From assembly GCF_000020025.1 (NCBI RefSeq), contig NC_010628.1, positions 1,740,001 to 1,772,000 on the forward strand: a stretch of 32,000 nucleotides of DNA. Direction: 5' to 3'. The position numbers and the translations under genes were made by a program. Positions within the stretch are counted from its first letter, which is position 1; every line of letters begins with the position of its first letter. This DNA is from Nostoc punctiforme PCC 73102 (GTDB taxonomy: Bacteria; Cyanobacteriota; Cyanobacteriia; Cyanobacteriales; Nostocaceae). The notes below the pieces were generated by a model. That model had not been told where the DNA came from. It made no database searches and was given only the letters and a program-made list of their open reading frames with translations. Below, piece by piece: positions 18,436 through 26,819 of the stretch.

Positions 18436-18490
18436 TGCGGGAAATAACTTAAGACGCTGTTTAATGGTTATGCTGCGATCGCATAAAATT

Positions 18491-21400
18491 CTATAATTGC
18501 TCACCACCAATATCTTGATCTTCAATCTGCCCGGAAAATACGGAAATCATCTCTCGAAGCTGATCTATAATTTCTTGTGCTTGTAGCTCTTGGGCAATAT
18601 CTAATGCTCGCTGTAGCTGCTTTAATCCTTCGGCGGATTTATTTTGTGCTAGCAACAGTTGTCCCAGCAAGCCTAAAGTAGCAGGTTGGCTGTTTTTATG
18701 ATTGATACTGCACTGAAATTCATACGCTTTTCGAGCAAGTTCAATTGCCTCTTCTATATTTCCTTGTTGAGCAGCAAAATTAGCTTGTTCATATAAGTAA
18801 ACTGCCTCATTGTTCTTTACTGTGAAAATTATTTCCTGTAATTCGTCAATTCCATCAAGTTGATTTTCTTGAGCCAAAGAAACTGCCCTTTCCAAATCTT
18901 GTACTCCACCTTGATAATCGCCCTGATGTGCCTTGATTTGACCAAGCATTGATAAAACTTCTGAACACCAGCGAACATCCTTTAATATTTCTGAAAGTTC
19001 TAAACATTGGTGAGCTAAATTCAGCACTTCTTCAAATTCTTGGCTTTCGCATTTTTCCTGAGCCGAATCAAAAAGGTGTCTGAGTTTTTCGTACTGTACT
19101 GCAAGGGCAATATTTTCTATCTTTTCCCTCTCAGGAAGATTATGCTGTTTGGCAATTTCAATCGCTTGTGATGCTCTTTTAACACCCTCCGCAAAATCTC
19201 CTTCATGTATCAAAAGGTTTCCCATTGATAGCAAAATACCTGCTTTCATTTCTTCGTCGCCAAGTTGTTCAATCATAGGTAGGGCTTGCTCAAGTAAATC
19301 AAGTGCCGCTCTTGCATTACCTTTTTCTGCTTCGGTTGCTGCTGATTGATACAACCGCATAGGCTTTATTAGTTGAGTATTCTTAATTAGCCCTCTAACT
19401 TTTTCGACATCATTAGTCCAATTTAATTTTTGGTAAATATTGAGGGATTCTGTTAAATGCTCAAATGCAACATCTACTTCACCAAGAAAGGATAAAACCT
19501 CTCCTAAAAGCTTGAGAATAGTAGCTCGAAGAACAACATCAACAACTGAACTACATTTCTCTAAAGCTTCCCCTAAAAAATCTGCTCCTGTATTATAATT
19601 TTCTTGTTTTATTTTAAGCCGTCCCATTTCTCTAAGAGCGAGCGCATGATGTTTTGGATTGTTAAATTGATTTAGTATTGCTAAAGCTGTATTTAATTTC
19701 TCTTCGGCCTCATCTAAATTATCTTGATCAATCAGTATCGATGCGATTCGTGGTAAAACATGGGCTTGAGTGTCTTTATTTCCAATCTTCAATGACAACT
19801 GGTAAGAATCTTCGAGAAACTTTAAAGCTTCACTGACATTATTTTGACGCTCATAGAGAATTCCTATCTCCTGAAGTGTCATTGCTTCACGCGGTTGATC
19901 GCCATTCTTTCTGTGCAGTTCAAGAGCTTGATTGTAAAGCTCTAAAGCAAGCTCACGATCACCACATTCTGAGCGGAAAGTAGCTAGATTATGTAAAAGC
20001 ATTGCCTTGAGCCAAGAGTTATCAATTTGAGGCAGTAATTTGTTCAACTGTTCTAAAATCTCTCTTGCCTCTTCTATTTCACCTTGTTTAAGCCTCAGCG
20101 ATGCTGTATTGCTGAGGAGTGGAATTTTATCCTCAAGGTTTTCGGACTGCGTTCTATGTGAAACTAAACTTGGTAATAGGTTATCCCAAGCATCAGTTTG
20201 ACCAAGATCAACTTGAAGAGTGGCAATGTTATTTTGTACAGTATATAGAAAATTTTTATCCCCTGTTTCTTGAGTAAGTTCTAGTACTTCCATATACAAT
20301 TTAAGTGCTTCTTCGGGTTCACCTAATTCTCTCTTAATATCTGCTATTTGACTAAGGGACTTAGCTTTACCGAGCTTATTATTATCTTTCTCATCAATTT
20401 TCATAACCTGCTGGCATATCGTCAGGGCTTGCTGATAGTTACCCTGCTTAACGTATAAATCCGCTAAATCATGTAAAATTGCAGCTTTTTCAGTTTCATA
20501 TTCATCCGAACAAAGTTTTAGTGCCTCTTGATAGTTATACAAAGCCTCTTCCACTTCCCCAATATGTTCTTGCGCTTTTGCTAAGTAGTAGAGGAGCCTA
20601 AAAGAGATAATATGAATTTTTAAGTGAGCATAAGCTCCATCACGGACAAATTTACATAGCGTAGCTACTTCTCTGTACCTTCCTTGGCGGTTGAGCCGCA
20701 TGACTAAAAACCAATTTGCTCTAGTTAATAAGTCTGGATTGAAAGCTTCAGTTGCAAGTCGATATAACTCAAACAACCTATCACTGGGCATGGATTTCTC
20801 AAAAGGATCATAAGGCTGAAAGTTTTCTGATAGTTTTTCCTCTGCCTTTATACTTTTTTTAAAACCTTTAAAAAACCATATTTTATCTAAATATTCCGCA
20901 GCAGCTTTATATAAATCTATGGAATCTTTAGGAAAATCAAGAAGTGGCTCTATAATTCGTGGAACATAGTACAAAGTTTCTTGTTGAGAATGTATACACT
21001 CAAGTAAACCTAATGCAACCGCTCTAGAAATATAACTATTTACATCGAAAGTTTTTGGACAAAGAACTTCTATTGCAGACTGAGGCACTGGTAACTTATA
21101 AACCAAGCTAAACCCAAGCATTCGTTGCAATTTGATTGGTTGTCGATTGAGTAATTCCTCTGCCAGAATACTTTCACGAAAGTCTTGGGTGGTTTTCTCT
21201 ACCTGTTCTAGTATTTGTGTCTTACCAACTTGTTGCACTTGTAAAACTTTGTCTAACCACTCTAACAAACGAGGATTACCTGCCGAAGTTGCCAAAGCTT
21301 TGAGTTGTAACTCTCGATCGATTTCAGAACCAGGTGCAAAAGATACTAAACGGTTACATTTTTTCTGTAGTTCAGTACCTGATAAGGCAGCTAACTGCTC

Positions 21401-23017
21401 TCGGTGGAATCGCTGATTTAGCTCTGGAAGCAAAAAATCATACCTGGATGTAATAATAATCCGGTGTGGAAGACGCGATTGAGTTATTGCCTTCAACAAA
21501 GATATCAAGACTGCTACAGCTTCAGGCTTTAAGACTGCACTACCGTCTGTTCTCAATTCTAGGTTTGCTTCAAAGTCATCAAGAACAAAGATTAGTCTCT
21601 GCACTTGCTCATTCAGTCCTTCTCGTAAGAATTTGGTTAACTTTTGCGTGAGTGGTAGATTTCTTTGTAAAATTTCCTGTCCCGTTGCTGAAAGACATTG
21701 TTCAGCAAGCTGCCTTAGCAGCTTATCCTCATCTAATTGCCGATAGATAAAAATTTCGTCATAGCCTTGTAAACGTTCTAAAAGCCTTGCTGCAACAGTA
21801 CTTTTACCAACTCCACCTAAACCATATAAAATTACACCTAACTTATCTGCTGCCCGTAATGCTCTCAAGGTACGTTGCAGTATTCTGCGTCTTCCTACAA
21901 ACTCCTGTGGTGTGGCAACCCGAACAATTCCTTGCGAATCTAGAAACTGTTCATAAATCGGTTCTTCTGGCAACCATACTTGATCGCCTAATGGTTCAAT
22001 CAATGCTTTTGGACACTGACCTCGGATATAAAGTCTAAGTAGATGCCAATCCTCAACCTTGGCCTCTCGTAGATATTGATAAGTACTAGCAAGTGCCTCC
22101 GAAAGTTCATACCCGGCAGCCAGTTTGCTGTAGAGATATGCTGCGGCTTGTGTAGCTACTACATCTGCTATCGGTCGTCCCCATCCTAAAACGGCTCGAC
22201 AACCTTGCTCAATTAATGATTCAGCTAAAGAAGATACTGCACCATCACTCGCCGCTTCACCTGTTCGGCAACCTGATAAAAACACTAGCTGCGGTATACG
22301 AAACCTTAAAGCTGAAGCAATCTCTGATGCGTATGCCGGGTGAAGTTCACCAGTTTCAGTTTCTGTAAGAAAAAACGGCCGTTCATCCTTAATAGATGCA
22401 TGTCCCGTCAGGTGAAAAACATCGAACGGTTCACGATAACGTCCCCAGAGTTTGCTTAGTTCTGCAATACAACCACTTTCTTCTACTCGTAAATTAAGAG
22501 GAATATCTCTTGTTTCTGTCAAAATTTGAGCTTCTTCCTGCTCAAAATCGAGCGGCGGTTCTACATCGTCTGGCGATGTTGCCATGAATAAAATCCGTAA
22601 AGGACGTTGCTGGGTATCCTCTAAATCTTGAATAGAACGATCAACCCAACGTATTGGAACGACAACTGGATTAACACGTTCTATTAAAAATTGCTCTCCA
22701 TTATGCAACGTTTCCCAAGGCAGATGCCCTAATCGTTCACGCACATCTAGCGCTAAAATTAACCCTTCCTCTGTGCAATTATTAATTGCTCGACTTAGCC
22801 ACCTGCCAGTTCCATCCAACCAACAAAATAATTGATACCCAATTCCTTTTAAATCAGGCATCAGCATGTAGTAGCTACCTTTTGCCTTCTGAATTAAGTT
22901 TTCAATTGATGATATATCAAGCTGTTGTGTTTCATATCTTGCTTGATGTCCTACTGCATAACGCAATTCTACAAAGTGCTTTTCAAGCGGTACTAATTTG
23001 ATGTAAAACGTCTGCAC
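18491..23017 (-). CDS. CHAT (caspase-like) protease / STAND P-loop NTPase (NB-ARC-like) / ~770-aa TPR array protein
   Basis: 1,508 aa with a GTG start. The putative dyad is His206 in FHLTGHAS (nt 22400-22402) and Cys250 in VFLSGCRTG (nt 22268-22270). Walker A is GLGGVGKST (nt 21797-21823) and Walker B is LIFVLDDFE. From about aa 740 to the end the sequence is TPR-like, with repeated A..Y...L.I......G / ...A...L motifs. Confidence 0.9.
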   Translation of the reverse strand: MQTFYIKLVPLEKHFVELRYAVGHQARYETQQLDISSIENLIQKAKGSYYMLMPDLKGIGYQLFCWLDGTGRWLSRAINNCTEEGLILALDVRERLGHLPWETLHNGEQFLIERVNPVVVPIRWVDRSIQDLEDTQQRPLRILFMATSPDDVEPPLDFEQEEAQILTETRDIPLNLRVEESGCIAELSKLWGRYREPFDVFHLTGHASIKDERPFFLTETETGELHPAYASEIASALRFRIPQLVFLSGCRTGEAASDGAVSSLAESLIEQGCRAVLGWGRPIADVVATQAAAYLYSKLAAGYELSEALASTYQYLREAKVEDWHLLRLYIRGQCPKALIEPLGDQVWLPEEPIYEQFLDSQGIVRVATPQEFVGRRRILQRTLRALRAADKLGVILYGLGGVGKSTVAARLLERLQGYDEIFIYRQLDEDKLLRQLAEQCLSATGQEILQRNLPLTQKLTKFLREGLNEQVQRLIFVLDDFEANLELRTDGSAVLKPEAVAVLISLLKAITQSRLPHRIIITSRYDFLLPELNQRFHREQLAALSGTELQKKCNRLVSFAPGSEIDRELQLKALATSAGNPRLLEWLDKVLQVQQVGKTQILEQVEKTTQDFRESILAEELLNRQPIKLQRMLGFSLVYKLPVPQSAIEVLCPKTFDVNSYISRAVALGLLECIHSQQETLYYVPRIIEPLLDFPKDSIDLYKAAAEYLDKIWFFKGFKKSIKAEEKLSENFQPYDPFEKSMPSDRLFELYRLATEAFNPDLLTRANWFLVMRLNRQGRYREVATLCKFVRDGAYAHLKIHIISFRLLYYLAKAQEHIGEVEEALYNYQEALKLCSDEYETEKAAILHDLADLYVKQGNYQQALTICQQVMKIDEKDNNKLGKAKSLSQIADIKRELGEPEEALKLYMEVLELTQETGDKNFLYTVQNNIATLQVDLGQTDAWDNLLPSLVSHRTQSENLEDKIPLLSNTASLRLKQGEIEEAREILEQLNKLLPQIDNSWLKAMLLHNLATFRSECGDRELALELYNQALELHRKNGDQPREAMTLQEIGILYERQNNVSEALKFLEDSYQLSLKIGNKDTQAHVLPRIASILIDQDNLDEAEEKLNTALAILNQFNNPKHHALALREMGRLKIKQENYNTGADFLGEALEKCSSVVDVVLRATILKLLGEVLSFLGEVDVAFEHLTESLNIYQKLNWTNDVEKVRGLIKNTQLIKPMRLYQSAATEAEKGNARAALDLLEQALPMIEQLGDEEMKAGILLSMGNLLIHEGDFAEGVKRASQAIEIAKQHNLPEREKIENIALAVQYEKLRHLFDSAQEKCESQEFEEVLNLAHQCLELSEILKDVRWCSEVLSMLGQIKAHQGDYQGGVQDLERAVSLAQENQLDGIDELQEIIFTVKNNEAVYLYEQANFAAQQGNIEEAIELARKAYEFQCSINHKNSQPATLGLLGQLLLAQNKSAEGLKQLQRALDIAQELQAQEIIDQLREMISVFSGQIEDQDIGGEQL

Positions 23018-23018
23018 A

Positions 23019-23345
23019 TTAACTCTCCAACTCTTCTAACACTGCACAGATGTCTTCAATAGTGGCATTCTCCAAGACAACTCGCATATCATCAGTTACA
23101 AGTACTACATTAAACTTCTTATTAGATCGTTTATGTTCCTGATACCATTTACGGATTTGTTCTGCGACTGCGACTGTACCTCCTACAATCCCGACCACAG
23201 TGCCTATCACAGCCAATGTACCTTCTTTGGTAGTCACAGAATTTGCTGCTATCTCCCAACTACCCTGTAGACCAGTGGTTTCAAACAGTTTTTCAGCAGC
23301 AATATCAGTTTCTTCACCTTCAAGGGACAGCTTTACCTTTACCAT
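23019..23345 (-). CDS. Small single-pass membrane protein (108 aa) translationally coupled to the CHAT-STAND gene
   Basis: ATG start. The central Gly/Val-rich helix is TLAVIGTVVGIVGGTVAVA (nt 23163-23219), followed by the basic stretch RKWYQEHKRSNKK. Its TAA stop (23021-23019) is one nucleotide from the downstream GTG (23017). Confidence 0.7.
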   Translation of the reverse strand: MVKVKLSLEGEETDIAAEKLFETTGLQGSWEIAANSVTTKEGTLAVIGTVVGIVGGTVAVAEQIRKWYQEHKRSNKKFNVVLVTDDMRVVLENATIEDICAVLEELES

Positions 23346-23416
23346 ATATTAATTGAGTAGCTATAAATATAAGTATACTATTCATTTTTTTTACAATACA
23401 CTAACAGTCAGCAAAT

Positions 23417-24490
23417 TAGACCTCTTGCAGAATTCATTTTGTGTTATGATATCGGGTTTTGTCTTAATGCTAGTGGCAAGAGATAATTGAGAAAGGCAAT
23501 ACCTAAAGCATTCAGAAGAGATGGCTACAATATTTCGTAGGAACTATCGCCAAAAAAAGATAGAATTAAATTCTGTTATTTCCATAAAATCAGGTTATCA
23601 ATAAATGAAATATCAGTGCATCCAAAAGTTAAATCCAAGAGCATTTAAACGTCGCTTTGGAGTTAGAAGAAAAACTTTTAAGAGCATGGTTAAAACTATA
23701 AAATCATTCCAAAAGATTAATAAACACTCTAATCCGGGTGCCAAACCTATAATTGATATTGAGAAACAAGTTTTAGTTACCTTAGAATATTGGAGAGAAT
23801 ACAGAACTTACTTTCATATTGCAACTAGTTGGGGAGTCTCGGAATCAACTATTTGCCGCATTGTTCATCGCATAGAATCAGAACTGATGCAGTCAGGAAT
23901 GTTTCGTCTTCCTGGAAAAAAAGCTTTGCTGCAAGGTTTAAGTCAGCCGGAAGTAGTAGTAATGGATGTAACTGAAACACCCATTGAGCGTCCAAAAAGA
24001 AAACAACAGGAATTTTATTCAGGTAAGAAAAAACGTCATACTCTCAAAAGGCAATTGATTATTAATCAAGAAACGGGCGAAATTATTTGCACTTTCTTTG
24101 GGAAAGGTCGCTGTCACGATTTTGCTTTATTCAAAGCTAGTGGAATTAATTTTCATCCCGAAACACAAGGTTTATACGATAGCGGTTATCAAGGAATTAA
24201 TCAATATCATAGTAACAGTTACACTCCCAAAAAAAAGCCTAAAAAAGGAAACCTATCTATCTTAGAAAAAGACTATAATCGGGTTCTAGCAAAAGAGAGA
24301 ATCGGTATTGAACACATCAATTGCCGTCTGAAAATTTTCAAGATTTTTGGCGATAGATATCGTAATCGCCGTCGTCGTTATGGTCTGCGTTGTAACTTAC
24401 TAGCCTCAATTTACAACTACGAATTAAGTTTACCAGAAGCAAAATTCCAAACCCCCACCATAACATAAAAGTAATTCTGCAAGAGGTCTA
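23417..24490 (+). mobile_element. Intact insertion sequence (1,074 bp), IS5-superfamily / PIF-Harbinger-like (DDE_Tnp_4 type)
   Basis: Perfect 18-bp terminal inverted repeats: tagacctcttgcagaatt (23417-23434) and aattctgcaagaggtcta (24473-24490). The outer TA could instead be a TA target duplication flanking 16-bp repeats. One transposase ORF lies inside. Confidence 0.85.
23605..24468 (+). CDS. Transposase (HTH plus DDE_Tnp_4-type catalytic domain)
   Basis: 287 aa. Candidate DDE residues lie in VVVMDVTETP, LYDSGYQGI and IGIEHINCRLK. The N-terminal HTH is WGVSESTICRIV. Confidence 0.85.
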   Translation: MKYQCIQKLNPRAFKRRFGVRRKTFKSMVKTIKSFQKINKHSNPGAKPIIDIEKQVLVTLEYWREYRTYFHIATSWGVSESTICRIVHRIESELMQSGMFRLPGKKALLQGLSQPEVVVMDVTETPIERPKRKQQEFYSGKKKRHTLKRQLIINQETGEIICTFFGKGRCHDFALFKASGINFHPETQGLYDSGYQGINQYHSNSYTPKKKPKKGNLSILEKDYNRVLAKERIGIEHINCRLKIFKIFGDRYRNRRRRYGLRCNLLASIYNYELSLPEAKFQTPTIT

Positions 24491-25121
24491 TTATGCTCTA
24501 AATCATGGTATTTTACTCAAATTTTTGAAATATTTCTTATAAAATAAAATCTTACAGAAACCTGATATTCACTTATATATAGGCATAGATAATTATTTAT
24601 AAGATATGAGAGATATAGAGATTATACAGTCAGATTTATAAGCTTCATGTCACCCCTTGTGATGGAACTATTTCACCCAAGTTAAAGTTCGTTCTCGCAT
24701 CTAGTCTTGGTGTGAAGATTCTATTGTTAGCATTTCTGATCACCAATGGCTTTTTTTTGCGATCGCACCTTGTAATGGCGAAGATACTAGATTTAAAGAA
24801 AGAATTTTCGGTATGGAAGGATAATGGTAAAGCAGGAAATATAATAAATTTTAAGGTAATTCTCATCGAAAATTAATTTAGTTACTATGAAACTAAATTA
24901 ATCTATTATTAGAGAAGGATTTGCAGGGTTGAGACGGTGATTAAAGAAAAATCTTTCGCAATCTTTCAGGGATGGCTGCACTTTTCACTGTAGGTATGCA
25001 ATAGAGCTAAGTTTAAATCAGCTATAATTAAAAATTTAGCGGTTAATAGTAACTTTACATATAGCATTCTGATTTTTTTATTGATATAGCTTTATTCAAC
25101 ACCTAAAATGTAACCACAAAA

Positions 25122-26555
25122 GTGAAGCAAATCAGAGAAATTTGGATAAATATAGACCCATTTTCATTACAGTCACGGCTCACGATCGGCACTGCTACAT
25201 TTTCAGCTTTGGTATTAGGTAGCCTTGCAACATGGCTTAGCTGGAGAATGCAGCAAATATTAGTTGATAGTCATAAGTATAATATAGAACAAATCGCCAA
25301 GCGTTTGCCGCAAGATGTGCAAATTTATAGTGAAATGATGCAACCGGAAACTGGGTTGCAAAAGGCTATTAATAACTTGGCAAATACCAACATTTTATTA
25401 TGGTTAAAAAGTCCTGATAATAAAATTTTAGTAAAATCTGCAACTTTAGATTTGGTATCTGATACTAAAGTAGCTGAGTTAATGTCTTTAACTAAGATGC
25501 CGATAAAACCACAAGTTTACAAAGTCAACGAAAGCTATTTTGTTTTATGTGGTAGTTCTGTACAAGTTCAAGGTAAGTTACTCGGTGAGCTATTTGTAGT
25601 CAAGGATATTACCCGCGAGCAAAAAATGTTTCTGGGAATGGTGCAGAGTTTAGCAATTATTAGTGTTTTGGCAATTATTATTTTAACTGCTGCGATCGCA
25701 TTTTACATCCAGCGTTCTCTGCAACCTCTACGCCAGCTAAATCAAATGGCTTCTGTGATTTCGGCTGAAGATTTAGGACAATCGCAGCTATCGGTTAAAA
25801 ATGCACCCAGCGAAGTTAAAGAATTAGCTCAAACTTTAACTATGCTGTTATCGCGCCTCTCTCAATCTTGGAAGCAAGAACGAGAATTTGTGAGTAATGT
25901 TTCTCATGAATTACGCACGCCATTAACAATAGTACATGGTTACTTGCAAAGCGTGTTGCGGAGGCAAAATAATTTAACACAAACCCAACAAGAAGCTTTA
26001 GAAACTGCGGCATCGGAAGCTGAACGAACTATCCGTCTGCTACAAGATTTACTTGATTTAGCGCGAGCCGATAGCGGTTACTTATATTTTCAAATGAAAT
26101 CTTATGTGCTGAATGACTTGATTGAAGAAGTGGTGATGATGGCAAAAAAATATAGCGATCGCATAATTAAAATCGAGTCAAAAGTTGATCGAATTGAGGT
26201 GAAAGCAGACTACAGCCGTCTCAAACAAGTATTATTGAATTTGATTGATAATGCTATTAAATATTCTGAGATTGATACACCTATAGCTTTTAAATTAAAT
26301 CAACTTGAAGATCGGGCAATTGTTGAAGTTTGCGATCGAGGCTATGGAATTCCTTTGCAACAGCAAGCACGGATATTTGAAAGATTTTACCGCGTAGATG
26401 AATCCCGCTCTCATACTACTGGGGGTTGTGGTTTGGGTTTATCTATTGTCAAGACACTTGTAGAAGGTATGGGGGGTAGTGTCAGTGTGCAATCAAAGTT
26501 AGGGGAAGGGAGTACATTTACAATCAGTTTACCGATGTATAGCAGTGCTATCTGA
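25122..26555 (+). CDS. Membrane sensor histidine kinase (2 TM, HAMP, HisKA, HATPase), with no cognate regulator in the window
   Basis: 477 aa with a GTG start. The H-box is FVSNVSHELRTPLT, the N-box is LLNLIDNAIKYS and the G-boxes are DRGYGIP and GGCGLGLSIVK. Confidence 0.85.
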   Translation: MKQIREIWINIDPFSLQSRLTIGTATFSALVLGSLATWLSWRMQQILVDSHKYNIEQIAKRLPQDVQIYSEMMQPETGLQKAINNLANTNILLWLKSPDNKILVKSATLDLVSDTKVAELMSLTKMPIKPQVYKVNESYFVLCGSSVQVQGKLLGELFVVKDITREQKMFLGMVQSLAIISVLAIIILTAAIAFYIQRSLQPLRQLNQMASVISAEDLGQSQLSVKNAPSEVKELAQTLTMLLSRLSQSWKQEREFVSNVSHELRTPLTIVHGYLQSVLRRQNNLTQTQQEALETAASEAERTIRLLQDLLDLARADSGYLYFQMKSYVLNDLIEEVVMMAKKYSDRIIKIESKVDRIEVKADYSRLKQVLLNLIDNAIKYSEIDTPIAFKLNQLEDRAIVEVCDRGYGIPLQQQARIFERFYRVDESRSHTTGGCGLGLSIVKTLVEGMGGSVSVQSKLGEGSTFTISLPMYSSAI

Positions 26556-26572
26556 ATTTTTAAAACATCCTT

Positions 26573-26800
26573 TCAAGAATCAGGACTTTTATAGAGAAGG
26601 AACCACCACAACTCTAGTCCAATCAAGGCTAAACCAGCGATCGCAACACCAACTTTCAAGCCCAAAGGTTGCTCTATGTGGTTAAATTGACTGTTTTGCT
26701 CTGACGAGTGGGCTGGCATTTCTGCTAATGTTATACTTGGTGTCCCGGTGAGAAGCGCTAAAGCTGCAAGGCTTCCCCAAAGCATTTTTTTACTGAACAT
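26573..26800 (-). CDS. Small exported, C-terminally anchored protein (75 aa) downstream of the Cu-ATPase
   Basis: A signal-peptide-like N-terminus (MFSKKMLWGSLAALALLTGTPSITLA) is followed by a short M/H-containing segment (EMPAHSSEQNSQFNHIEQ) and a TM helix (VGVAIAGLALIGLELWWFLL). It starts 19 nt after the ATPase stop. Confidence 0.55.
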   Translation of the reverse strand: MFSKKMLWGSLAALALLTGTPSITLAEMPAHSSEQNSQFNHIEQPLGLKVGVAIAGLALIGLELWWFLLYKSPDS

Positions 26801-26819
26801 TTCCTAATTTAACCTGCAA

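Noticed and set aside
18436-18490. Bidirectional terminator between the debranching enzyme and the CHAT gene
   Set aside because: There is only a 6-bp A/T-rich stem (ttatgc/gcataa) around a HIP1 site and no T-tract. That is too weak to call.
19149-23001. Plus-strand ORFs of 61-94 aa inside the CHAT-STAND gene (19149, 21132, 21466, 21787, 22786)
   Set aside because: They are antisense to a continuous 1,508-aa frame with clear motifs. Nothing supports independent coding.
24645-24866. 73-aa minus-strand ORF in the spacer between the IS and the histidine kinase
   Set aside because: It has no SD or motif support, an odd composition, and lies in AT-rich non-coding-looking sequence. A 12/13-bp hairpin (24872-24902) abuts it. 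I left it unannotated, but it could be rechecked as a remnant of an upstream partner of the CHAT operon displaced by the IS.
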